Assembly (NCBI GenBank): GCA_963719055.1
Contig: CAVRAU010000023.1
Span: 136,699-200,698 of the forward strand
Origin: an uncultured Acidobacteriota bacterium
GTDB taxonomy: Bacteria > Acidobacteriota > Thermoanaerobaculia > Multivoradales > JAHEKO01
Reading direction: 5' to 3'
Length of the DNA: 64,000 nt
Part shown: in pieces, positions 18,636 to 28,616 of the stretch
How positions within the stretch are numbered: the first letter of the stretch is position 1
Layout of the letters: the number at the start of each line of letters is the position of its first letter
Translations under genes and position numbers: made by a program
The notes under the pieces: model-generated
The model's input: the letters and a program-made list of their open reading frames with translations, nothing else
Told to the model about the DNA's origin: nothing
Database searches by the model: none

Positions 18636-18714
18636 GAGGCCAACTCCCTCAAGTCGACTGAGCTACGCCGCGAGGCGGAACGCACCATCGTGCAGCCACT
18701 GGATCTTAGCAGCC

Positions 18715-21030
18715 TCAAGTCTGGCGCCGCCGCAGGGAAAGGGTGATCAGACCCACCAGGGCGATGAGGGCGACAGCTGTGGAGATCCAAAGGGGGCGAC
18801 GGTCGATCCAGATCTCGACCCGGTGATCCCCCGCAGGCAGCTCGATCCCAAGCCGATGGATGTTGGCGGCCACGATGGGTATTCGCCGACCATTCGCCCG
18901 CGCCCGGTAGATGGGCAGAAAGGCCCTCTGCAAGACCAGAACGCCTGGGACGGTCGAGCTGACCTCGAGCTCCATCCGGTGGGTGCCGGACTCGGTGACT
19001 CTGGCGCTTCCCGGTGGCCCATCCCAGCTGGAACCACCCTCCGGCAGGACTACCGTCGTCGTCGGGTCGAAGTCCTCGGCGGTGATCCATTCCAGCGCCG
19101 CGTTGAGATGGGGTGCTCGCAACACCCTGCCGAGGAATTGTGCTCGTGGCGCCGCGTCGATCTCGTAGACGAAAATCTCACCGCCCACCCCGGGCTGCCG
19201 ATGTCGCAGTCTGGCGACATCGTCGCTCTCGATTTCGAGCGCCCGGCCGAGCAGCAGAACATCCACCCCCGAGGCGGCCAACAGTCGCACCCGTCGATCG
19301 TCAGGTAGAACTCGCAGAGCCTCCGCTGCTGCCCGGGTCAGAAACGCGTCCAGACCTTCAGCCGAGATGGCGAAATCGTAGCGCCTGCCCCAGATCGTGC
19401 CGGCGACCGGATAGAGCTCATCGAAAACCTGCCGCTGCAACCAGATGGGGCGAGCATCGGGGTAATCGGCCGGCGACATCTTGACAGCGCCAAACAGGCC
19501 ATTGGACTTGCCATGCGTGACGATGGACCCTTCGCCGACGTGCGCCAGCAGCGCCGGCGGCTCCAAGAACTGCCCCACCTCCACCATGGGCAGCGCGGGC
19601 CTCAGAATCCAAAGCTGTACCGCTAGATGCAGGACCAGCAAGCCGGCACCCGCGAGCTCGGGAGAGCGGCGACCCCATCTGTAGATCCATCCCATGACCG
19701 CCAGGAGACCGAGGGTGATCAGCGCCCATCCAGCCCAAGCTTGCTGCTCCAGTAGGAGCCGCTCACTAGTCAACGAGCCGGCAACCTTGGAGGCCAACCA
19801 CGAAGGACTCGCCGTCCCGGCAGCACCAAAACCCACCCACAGCAAAAGAAACACGAGACCCAGACCTGCCAAAATCCTCCAGAAGGTGCGGCGGTGAGAG
19901 GCGCCCATCAACCGCTCGAAACCCAGGCCACAGAGCAGGGCCAGACCCACAGCGGTCATCAACCAGAACTTGACCGGCAATCGCATCAGATCGGTGCCCG
20001 GTATCTTCAACAGCCAACGCACCAGGACATTGTGCTCACCCAGGGCCAGGAACACCCCCAGACCCGCTACGGCCCATGCCCACCGAGCCGCCCGGCTCGA
20101 TGGGCGACCACTACCGAGAATCAAGATCAGTGCCAGAACCCCTGGGTAGAGACTGGGAAACAAGGGCAAGTTTCCACCATGGAAACCCTGACCCCAGAAC
20201 GCCAGATCAGGACGCCCGAAGAAGAACGGAATCAACCACTCCGCTGCCGCCATGGGGTGCCAGCTGGCTGCGGTTGCGGCGGCCTCCGAGAACCCCATGT
20301 GCCCCCGATAGGACATCGGCAGAATGCGCAGAAACTCCACCCATTGCGGTGCCGCGATCGCAGTCCCGAGAACGATCGCCAAGCCGGCCCAAAACCAGGC
20401 GACCCGACGCCAACCCCACCGCACGAGCACTGCCGAGGCTCCCAGGAACAGAGCCATGACGCAGGTCATGGGATCTCCCGCCAGGAGCAGCACGGTCCAG
20501 ATCAACCCAACCGGCAGCAGATTCTTGCGCTCGCTCTCCGGCCGAGCCAATTGCAGCCAGGCCGCCACGAACGCCGGTGTCCAAGCGGCTCCGGCGACAA
20601 GGTTGTAGAAGCCCAGGTTGGAGATGAAGAATCCACTCGCGGCGTAACAGATCCCGGCAGCCCATGCCGCTTGGCGATCCAAACCCCAGACCCGAGCCAA
20701 CCAGAACATGGTCAGAGGCGCGAGGAGTAGATGGAGCCAGAAGTGGGCATTGAACGCCCACAGGGTCGGCGCCACCAGGTAGAGCAGGTTGTCCGGCAAC
20801 AGCGGTACGGTGTTTGGATTGCCCAGATGGGGTTCGCCGCCATCGCGATAGGTGTCCACTACCGGCAGGTACCCTTCGCGCATGGCTTCGGCCTGGACCC
20901 ACTTCTTGCCCAGATGAGTGTTGAAGACATCCCGCAGGAAGAGCGAGTCCGTACCGCGGATCAAAGGCAACGCCACCCAAACGATCACCAGCAGGCACGG
21001 TAGGACAAAGGTGAGAAGGAATCTCTTCAT
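18715..21030 (-). CDS. YfhO-family polytopic membrane protein (GT-C-like glycosyltransferase)
   Basis: 771 aa, >12 predicted TM helices. N-terminal 'LFLRDVFNTHLGKKW...PHLGNPNTVPLLPDNLLYL'. Large C-terminal extracytoplasmic domain ending in a final TM. Confidence 0.65.
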   Translation of the reverse strand: MKRFLLTFVLPCLLVIVWVALPLIRGTDSLFLRDVFNTHLGKKWVQAEAMREGYLPVVDTYRDGGEPHLGNPNTVPLLPDNLLYLVAPTLWAFNAHFWLHLLLAPLTMFWLARVWGLDRQAAWAAGICYAASGFFISNLGFYNLVAGAAWTPAFVAAWLQLARPESERKNLLPVGLIWTVLLLAGDPMTCVMALFLGASAVLVRWGWRRVAWFWAGLAIVLGTAIAAPQWVEFLRILPMSYRGHMGFSEAAATAASWHPMAAAEWLIPFFFGRPDLAFWGQGFHGGNLPLFPSLYPGVLALILILGSGRPSSRAARWAWAVAGLGVFLALGEHNVLVRWLLKIPGTDLMRLPVKFWLMTAVGLALLCGLGFERLMGASHRRTFWRILAGLGLVFLLLWVGFGAAGTASPSWLASKVAGSLTSERLLLEQQAWAGWALITLGLLAVMGWIYRWGRRSPELAGAGLLVLHLAVQLWILRPALPMVEVGQFLEPPALLAHVGEGSIVTHGKSNGLFGAVKMSPADYPDARPIWLQRQVFDELYPVAGTIWGRRYDFAISAEGLDAFLTRAAAEALRVLPDDRRVRLLAASGVDVLLLGRALEIESDDVARLRHRQPGVGGEIFVYEIDAAPRAQFLGRVLRAPHLNAALEWITAEDFDPTTTVVLPEGGSSWDGPPGSARVTESGTHRMELEVSSTVPGVLVLQRAFLPIYRARANGRRIPIVAANIHRLGIELPAGDHRVEIWIDRRPLWISTAVALIALVGLITLSLRRRQT

Positions 21031-21071
21031 TGGAGGTCCAGATTTTCAGTGACTCCCCTACAATACACTCC

Positions 21072-21944
21072 ATGATAGGCCCCATGATTCGACTTCTGCG
21101 CCCGGCACATTGGGCAAAGAACGTGTTCGTCCTCGCTCCACTGGTCTTCGCTCAGCGGCTCACCGATCCGGAATCGGTCCACAACGGTCTGATGGCCTTC
21201 GCCGCGTTCTGTCTGGCCTCCAGTGCCGTCTATGTCTTCAACGACATTCGGGACCGAGCCGAAGATCGCCTGCATCCGATGAAGCGCTTCCGGCCCATCG
21301 CTGCGGGTGAAGTCAGCGTCTTCGCGGCTACGGTGCTGGGTCTCGGACTGGCGATCGTCAGTCTGGCGCTGGCTGCCTCCCTGGGCTGGCCCTTCTTTGC
21401 CATACTGGCCATCTATCTGGGGCTCAACCAGCTCTACTCAGCGGGTCTCAAGCACACGGTCATCCTCGACGTGATGATCGTCAGCCTCGGGTTCGTCCTC
21501 AGAGTCCTCGCCGGTGGCGCTGCCGTGCATGTGCAGGTATCGGCATGGCTTCTCCTTTGCACTTTCTTCATCGCCTTGTTTCTCGCCTTCTCGAAGCGAC
21601 GCCACGAGCTCATCCTGCTAGCCGACGACGCCTCCGGTCAACGACCGGTGCTGAGCCACTACAGCCCCGAATTCCTCGACCAGATGATCAACGTCGTCAC
21701 CGCCTCCACCGTGGTGGCCTATGCCATGTACGCCATCTCGCCGGAGACCATCGAGAAATTCCAGACGCGACATCTGATCTACACGATTCCGATGGTCCTC
21801 TTCGGCATCTTCCGATACCTCTACCTCATCTATCAAAAGCACACGAACCGCAATCCCACAGAAGCGATCCTGAGAGACCCACCGTTCTTGATCAACATGT
21901 TCCTCTGGGCGTTGGCGGCTCTCTGGATCGTCTACCGTGGCTAG
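21072..21944 (+). CDS. UbiA-family prenyltransferase, decaprenyl-phosphate phosphoribosyltransferase (DPPR synthase, Rv3806c)-like
   Basis: 'MIRLLRPAHWAKNVFVLAPLVFA' plus Asp-rich 'FNDIRDRAEDRLHPMKRFRPIAAGEVS'. ~290 aa. Confidence 0.75.
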   Translation: MIGPMIRLLRPAHWAKNVFVLAPLVFAQRLTDPESVHNGLMAFAAFCLASSAVYVFNDIRDRAEDRLHPMKRFRPIAAGEVSVFAATVLGLGLAIVSLALAASLGWPFFAILAIYLGLNQLYSAGLKHTVILDVMIVSLGFVLRVLAGGAAVHVQVSAWLLLCTFFIALFLAFSKRRHELILLADDASGQRPVLSHYSPEFLDQMINVVTASTVVAYAMYAISPETIEKFQTRHLIYTIPMVLFGIFRYLYLIYQKHTNRNPTEAILRDPPFLINMFLWALAALWIVYRG

Positions 21945-22046
21945 GGTGACCTCTATCCTGGCGCGGGTCCGAGCCGGCATCTATCCCTTCGAGATCGTCA
22001 CCACCGTCAGTCTGTTCGCAACCGTTGTCTTCCTACGCCGCCACGG

Positions 22047-22946
22047 TTGAGAATCGACTGGCAGACCTTCGAGTACACCGTTCCACCTCTGATTCCGGTG
22101 ATGGCGAAGTATTTTGCCGTCGGATTGTGTCTCTATCTGGTTTACCTCCTCCTCAGAAGGCGTCGGATCCAGCCGAATGTTCGGCGTGTGCTCTCGGTTC
22201 CTGGTTGCTGCTCACACTCAGGCTGTGGCTGGCGATCATCGGCTTCTTCTTCTGCTACTTATGGCTGAAGGTCTGCACGCCGCTGATCAATCACAGGCTC
22301 TGGGATGGCGTCTTCTGGCGTCTCGACACGATCCTCCATCTCGGTTTTTCACCCTGTCTTTCTCACCGAGCTCACCGTGGCACGGGACTGATCGACTGCT
22401 CGATATCTGGTATGGCCTCTGGCTGCCGTCGGTCTCCCTGAGCATCGCCTTCTTCCTGGCCCTGCCAGGAGCCCGTATCCGCCGCCGCTTTGTCCTCAGT
22501 TGCGTCCTGATCTGGGTGTCGGGTGCCTGGATCTATGTGTCTCTTCCGACCCTGGGCCCCATCTACGCCTTTCGCCCGTATCTCGAGGAGGTGCTGCCAG
22601 AGATTCCCCAGGCCAGCAGCGCTCAGGCGATGCTGTGGGACAACTACGAGAAAGTCGTGGCGGGCGCTCTGGAGATCTCAAGCAGTTCAAACCTGCCCTG
22701 GGTATCGCTGCGATGCCAAGCCTCCATGTGGGCGTCCATTGGCTGCTGATGTTGTGGATCCGACGGTATGCCAGACCTCTCTTCGCAGTGGCGGTCATTG
22801 GCACCCTTCTGACCTTCCTCGGTTCGATCGTCACCGGGTGGCACTACGCGGTCGACGGATACGTGGGCATCGGATTGGCCCAACTGAGCTATTGGCTGGC
22901 GAACCGGACGGAGCGGCAACCGCAGACTGCCCGAGCCACGGCCTGA
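22047..22946 (+). CDS. PAP2-family membrane phosphatase (about three apparent frameshifts)
   Basis: Pieces in three frames. N-terminal TMs 'AKYFAVGLCLYLVYLL'. C-terminal 'AMPSLHVGVHWLLMLW...TGWHYAVDGYVGIGLA' matches PAP2 motifs (SxH; SRxxxxxHxxxD-like). Confidence 0.6.
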
Positions 22947-23054
22947 TCTCGCGATGACTTTCGCTTTCACGACCTTGGGATAACATGCGAACGCTGGCCG
23001 TGACCGGTAGGCATCGGCCGGCGGCCGAGAACCGAGTCGAACTCACCCCTCCCC

Positions 23055-26000
23055 ATGCGATTCACCGTCACCAAGATCAGTCTGCTGGTCTTCGGCTCCG
23101 GGTTCTGTGCGCTGGTCTACCAGATGGCATGGCTACGGTTGCTGCGTCTGATCTTCGGCTCTTCGACGCCCGCCACCGCAGCCGTCCTGGCCATCTTCAT
23201 GGGCGGTCTCGGGGCCGGCAGTCTCATCCTCGGACCCCGATCTGATCGCCAGGCCAGCCCACTCGGCTTCTACGCTCGGCTCGAGCTCGGCATCGCCGTC
23301 TCGGCAGCAGCCAGCCCCTTTCTCATCTTGCTGACTCGTTGGCTCTACATCTTCGCTGGAGGATCTCAGCAGTTGGGCCTGGTGACCGGTAGCCTCCTGA
23401 GGATCCTTCTCGCGACCTTGGTCCTCGGTCTGCCGACGTTTCTCATGGGAGGCACTCTTCCTGCGGTCACTCGAGCCGTGGAACGGGCCGAGGACCCCGG
23501 GCGGCGGCTGCTAGGAATTCTCTATGGAGCCAACACCCTCGGTGCCGTGCTGGGCGCCCTCACCACGACCTTCTTCAGTATCGAGATTCTGGGAATCCGC
23601 CGATCCATCTGGATCGCCAGTCTGATCAATCTGCTGGTCGTCGTGCTCGCCCGACGCCTGGCCCAGAGGTCTCGCCGAGCGCGGGGCGGTTGCCCGCGAA
23701 CCGACCCCAGCTAGCACGGATCACGAGGTCCGGGCGATCCCGTCGCCAGCAGTGGCGACGTCGGCACCTGCACGGCTGGTGCTGATCTCAGCAGCGATCG
23801 TGGGCTTCGCATTCTTTCTCATGGAGCTCGTCTGGTACCGCATGCTAGCTCCCCTGCTGGGAGGATCCTCCTATACCTTCGGTCTGATCCTGGCCGTGGC
23901 GCTGGCGGGAATCGGTGCCGGTGGACTCCTCTACGGCGCCGGCACCAGGACCCGGCGCCCCTCGCTACTCGCATTCTCGATCACCTGTTCGCTGGAGGCG
24001 CTCTTCCTGGTCATTCCGTTGGCACTCGGGGACCGGCTCGCCGTCGTCGCTTTGGTATTGAGGGACCTGGGAGGATTGGGGTTCCCGAGCCTCGTCCTCT
24101 CCTGGTCGGTGGTGGTCGCCGTGGTGGTCCTGCCAGGAGCCATCATCGCCGGCTATCAGTTTCCACTCCTGGTGGCCATCCTGGGTACAGGTCGCGACCG
24201 GGTCGGCACGGAGGTGGGTTGGACCTATGCTTGGAATACGGCCGGCGCCATTCTCGGCTCCCTTGCCGGCGGGTTTGGCCTGATCCCCCTGCTCTCGGCA
24301 ACCGGCACCTGGCGACTGGTCGTCACCGTGCTGGTAGCTCTGGCGATCGTTACCGGAGTCTTTGGAACAAGGCGGCCGGCTCACCGGCGACTCGCGACAC
24401 CCTTGGCTATCGCTCTCGCCGCGCTGGTGCTGGCCACCTCTACCGGGCCCACGGCATTCTGGCGGCACAGCCCGATCGGCGCCGGTCGGATGAAGCTCAC
24501 CTTTGCGGACGAGAACGACCTGACCGACCAGATCCGCTGGAAGAATCGCATCATCCTCTGGGAGGCGGATGGCAGGGAGAGCTCGATCGCTATGCAATCT
24601 GTCGACGGCGCCAGCTTTGTGATCAGTGGCAAGGTCGACGGTCACGCCCGCAAAGATGCCTCGACTCAGGTGATGAGCGGCCTGCTGGGAGCAGCTCTCC
24701 ACCCCAACCCACGACACGCCCTGGTGATTGGACTGGGAACCGGGAGCACGGCTGGCTGGTTGGCTCGGGTTCCCACCATCGAGCAAGTCGATGTCGTGGA
24801 ACTGGAGCCGGATATCGTGGAAGTGGCTCGGCAATGCGTACCGGTCAATCAGGATGTTCTCGGCAATCCAAAGGTCCACCTGATCATCGGAGACGGCCGC
24901 GAGATTCTGCTGACCACTGGGCAGCGCTACGATGTCGTCTTCTCGGAACCCTCCAACCCCTACCGCGCTGGAATCGCCAGCCTGTTCACCAGGGATTTCT
25001 ACTCTGCGGTCTCCCAGCGTCTGACCGAGGATGGCATCTTCATTCAGTGGCTGCAGGGATACGAGGTGGACGGTCAGATCGTCCGCACGGCGATGGCAAC
25101 AATGGGGGTCGTTTTCGATTCTGTAGAGATCTGGCACACCAACCAGTCCGACTTGATGCTCCTGGCCTCCAATCGACCGATCCGCCACGATACGGCCCGA
25201 CTGCGGGACCGCCTGGCTGCTGAGCCCTTCAAAACAGCCATGAACAGAATCTGGGGGGTCGAAGGGGCCGAGGGCTTCTATGCCGGTTTTGTCGCCGCCG
25301 ACCCGCTGACCCGGGCCATCCTCGAACAGGAGAACCGTTGGATCAACTCCGACGACCGGCCCATTATCGAGTTCGGCTTCGCCAGGAATCTCGGTCGGGC
25401 CGGGAGGTTCAAGATCGAAGACTTGATCCAACTCGCCAGGAGCCGGGGCGAGGATCGACCGAGCGGCGTCGAAGAGGAGAGCCTGGATTGGCAGCAAGTG
25501 GTCGACCTGAGGGCTGCCAGGACCGCCGCCGTCAATCAGTCTCCTCATATGCCCCCCGACGCCCCACCGGACCTGGCATCCCGAATCCGCGCTCGTCAGC
25601 ATTTCGTGCGCCAGCAGCTTCACCGGGCCTGCACCGAGTGGCACACCCAGGACCAGCAGCCGACAGCACCCATCGATGTCCTGATGTTGGCCGAGTGCCT
25701 GGCAGACAGCGGCAACCACGCCGCGGAGCCGCTCATAGAACAGCTGCGAACCGATGGCAGAATCATCGAAGCCGAGGCCATCCTGGCTCGACTGGTGGCC
25801 AAGTCCGGGGAGACCGAGAGCGCCGGCGAGCACCTGACAAGGGCCTTTGAAGGCTACCGCTCGGATCCCTGGCCGTACCCCCCGACCATGACTCGATTGC
25901 TGCTCCTGGCGGCGGAGCTGGTGCGAGAAGAACCGTCCTTGGGACCGAGGATCTTCAAAGCTCTGGACGAGCCCTTTGCCGTCGATCTGCTGAGCGAACT

Positions 26001-26235
26001 TCGCCGTGCGGCCCTCCTCGATATCGCCCGCATCACCGGGTCCAACGATCTCTGCTTGCAGGCCATGGAGGCCTTCGGCCGGTGGTATCCCTGGCAAGAG
26101 AACTTCTTGCGCGAACGGCTCCGGTGCCTGGACGAGAATCGTCATCCTCTGGCGGGGCAAGCGCGACGAGATCTGGAGGACTTTCTGGTGGTGGCACCCT
26201 TTCCCCTGGACACCGGGCTGCGACCCGAATCATGA
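23055..26235 (+). CDS. fused membrane (2x6-TM internal duplication) / spermidine-synthase-like aminopropyltransferase-fold protein with long C-terminal extension; apparent frameshift ~23715
   Basis: Repeated modules 'FGSGFCALVYQMAWLRLLRLIFGSSTPATAAVLAIFMGGLGAGS' and 'IVGFAFFLMELVWYRMLAPLLGGSSYTFGLILAVALAGIGAGG'. Spermidine-synthase fold 'ALVIGLGTGSTAGW...VDVVELEPDIVEVA...HLIIGDGRE...YDVVFSEPSNPYRAGIASLFTRDFY'. Confidence 0.65.
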
Positions 26236-27516
26236 GCAGGCTGAGCGCGCGAGGGCGGCTGACCGTGATTCTCGGGGCCGGCCTGCTCTTCGTTCTCGTC
26301 GCGCTCTTCCTGCGCCCCTCCACCGAGGAGCTGATCGACGGGGAGGACATCCAACCGCCGGGGCGCTGGCATCTCCAAACGTCCCGACTTGAGGAATCGA
26401 ACGCCGGAGAAGAGCTTGCCCGAGTGCTCTCGCTACCCTATATGGCCGGTTCCAAGGCAGCGCCGTCCCAGACCGGCGTGACCCGCCACGACTCCGACCT
26501 GGCCCAGCCCGGTCTCAATCTCTATGTCTCGGGTCACGGACCGGAGGTCGTGCTCGTGGACATGCAGGGAACGTTGATGCACCGGTGGCACTATCCCTTC
26601 GAGAGAGCGTTCCCCGAAAAGAAGCCCACCATCGACACGGCCTACATCCGTCGAGCCCTTCTCTACCCCAACGGTGACCTGCTGGCGATCTTCCAGGGCG
26701 GTGGCATGATCAAGCTCGACCGCCTCTCCAACCTGATTTGGGCCTCGGACCTGCCCTACTACAACCATCTCTCTGTCGATGAACATGGCCGGATCCTGGC
26801 CATCGCCAAGACCGCCAGAGTCGTCCCCGAGCTCCGGCCCGACGCGACGATTCTGGAGGACTCCATCGTCCTCCTGACACCCGACGGGTGAGCTCTTGCG
26901 TCGCGTGTCGCTCCTCGAGTGCTTCGCGGCGTCCGAATTCGCCGACCTGATCCATCCCCTCCCCGACCACCCGGACATCTTCCACACCAACACCGTGCTG
27001 CCCATCGATGGCACTCTGGCCGCAGGCTCGGACGTCCTCCGACCCGGTCAGCTGGTGGTCTCGCTGCGTGAGATCGACACCGTAGCGCTGATCGATCCCG
27101 ATGCGGTGAAGGTGACAGCTGCCTGGCGCGGGCCCTGGAGAGGCCAGCATCAGCCCGTGCCTCTTTCTTCGGGAACTCTTCTTCTGTTCGACAACAAGGG
27201 TGCTCGTACAGGGTCTCGAGTCGTCGAATTCGACCCGGCAAACGGAGAGCTGTCATGGGTATTCCCCGGCGAAGATCAGCCGAGCCTCTCGTCGCCCGAG
27301 GCAGGATCCTGTCAACGTCTGCCCAATGGCAACACGCTGATCACAGAATCCGAGATGGCTCGGGCGCTCGAGATCACACCCGCGGGCCAGGTGGTGTGGG
27401 AGTTCGTCAGCCCTCACCGCGCCGGTGAGCAACTGGAGCTGGTCGCGACGCTTTTTGAAGTGATCCGGTTTCCAGTCGAGGCACTACCGTTTGTCGGGAG
27501 CGGCGATACCCGCTAG
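26232..27516 (+). CDS. arylsulfotransferase (ASST)-like beta-propeller protein with N-terminal anchor; apparent frameshift ~26890
   Basis: Signal anchor 'LTVILGAGLLFVLVALFL'. 'GLNLYVSGHGPEVVLVDMQGTLMHRWHYPF...LYPNGDLLAIFQGGGMIKLD', then 'HTNTVLPIDG...NGNTLITESEMARALEITPAGQVVWEF'. Confidence 0.55.
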
Positions 27517-28616
27517 AAGAACCGCTGAACCGCCACACACACCTCCTCCACCTCGCCGTCCGTGAGCTCGGGGAACATGGGCAGGCAGAGAACTTCTCGT
27601 CCGGCCAGCGTCGCCACCGGTAGATCGTCGACCTGCGAGCCCCTGCTGGTAAAGGCGGGCTGCAGGTGCAACGCCAGAGGATAGTGAACACTGGTGCCGA
27701 TTCCTTGCTCCTGCAGAAACTGGCGCAACTCATCTCGCTGTCCGGTCATCACCGTTTCCTGGTGAAACACCGATAGCGCCCCGGGTGGGTCGATCAGAAA
27801 CCGCAGATCTCCGACATCGGCCAGATTCGCTCGGTACCGCTGTGCGATCTGCCGGCGTCTCTCGTTGTGCGTTGCCAGCGACGGCAGGCGACAATTGAGC
27901 ACTCCGGCCTGGAGCGCATCCAAGCGACTGTTCATGCCCACTTCCGAGTGCACGTAGTGCTCACGCCGACCATGGTTCGCCAATCTCCTGACCCTGGCCA
28001 ACAGATCGACATCGTTGCCGGTCACCGCCCCACCATCGCCAAAGCAGCCGAGATTCTTCGCCGGGTAGAAGCTCCAGGTTGCCAAAGAACCGAAGTTGCC
28101 CACCCGCCGACCCTGCCACTCGGCACCATGAGCCTGTGCCGCATCCTCGACCAACCAGAGGCCATGCCGCACCGCTAGATCCTGAGCTCGATCGACAGCG
28201 AAGGGCCGACCATAGAGATGGACTCCGATGACGCCCACCGTGCGATCGGTGATCCGGTCCGCGGCTCGCGCCCAATCGAGATTCAAGCTCGCGGCCTCGA
28301 CGTCGGCAAAGACCGGTGTCCCCCCAGCCAGCACCACCGCCGCGGCGGTAGCGATGAAGGTGAAGCTGGGAACGATGACCTCGTCTCCGGGCTCCAGATC
28401 CAGGGCCCGCAGCGCCAGGACCAATGCGTCCGTGCCATTGGCGACACCGACACAGCCGGCCGACGCGACAAAGTCCGCGAAGGCCTTCTCGAAGCGATCG
28501 ACCTCCGCTCCGCCGACAAAGGAGCTCGCCATCAACAGCGAGCTCCAACGGCTCTCGACCTCCTCGGCGATGGGCTCGATGGCGCGCCGCAGATCAAAGA
28601 CGGGAATCTGAGTCAT
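27513..28616 (-). CDS. DegT/DnrJ/EryC1/StrS-family PLP-dependent sugar aminotransferase (ArnB/WecE-like)
   Basis: 'GCVGVANGTDALVLALRAL', 'EVIVPSFTFIATAAAV' and 'SFYPAKNLGCFGDGGAVT' (PLP-lysine region). 367 aa. Confidence 0.85.
   Translation of the reverse strand: MTQIPVFDLRRAIEPIAEEVESRWSSLLMASSFVGGAEVDRFEKAFADFVASAGCVGVANGTDALVLALRALDLEPGDEVIVPSFTFIATAAAVVLAGGTPVFADVEAASLNLDWARAADRITDRTVGVIGVHLYGRPFAVDRAQDLAVRHGLWLVEDAAQAHGAEWQGRRVGNFGSLATWSFYPAKNLGCFGDGGAVTGNDVDLLARVRRLANHGRREHYVHSEVGMNSRLDALQAGVLNCRLPSLATHNERRRQIAQRYRANLADVGDLRFLIDPPGALSVFHQETVMTGQRDELRQFLQEQGIGTSVHYPLALHLQPAFTSRGSQVDDLPVATLAGREVLCLPMFPELTDGEVEEVCVAVQRFF

Noticed and set aside
23965-26160. 731-aa minus-strand ORF opposite the spermidine-synthase-like fusion gene
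   Set aside because: Arg/Gly/Pro/Gln-rich with no domain signature. The sense-strand protein has clear TM repeats and an aminopropyltransferase fold, so the long antisense ORF is spurious.
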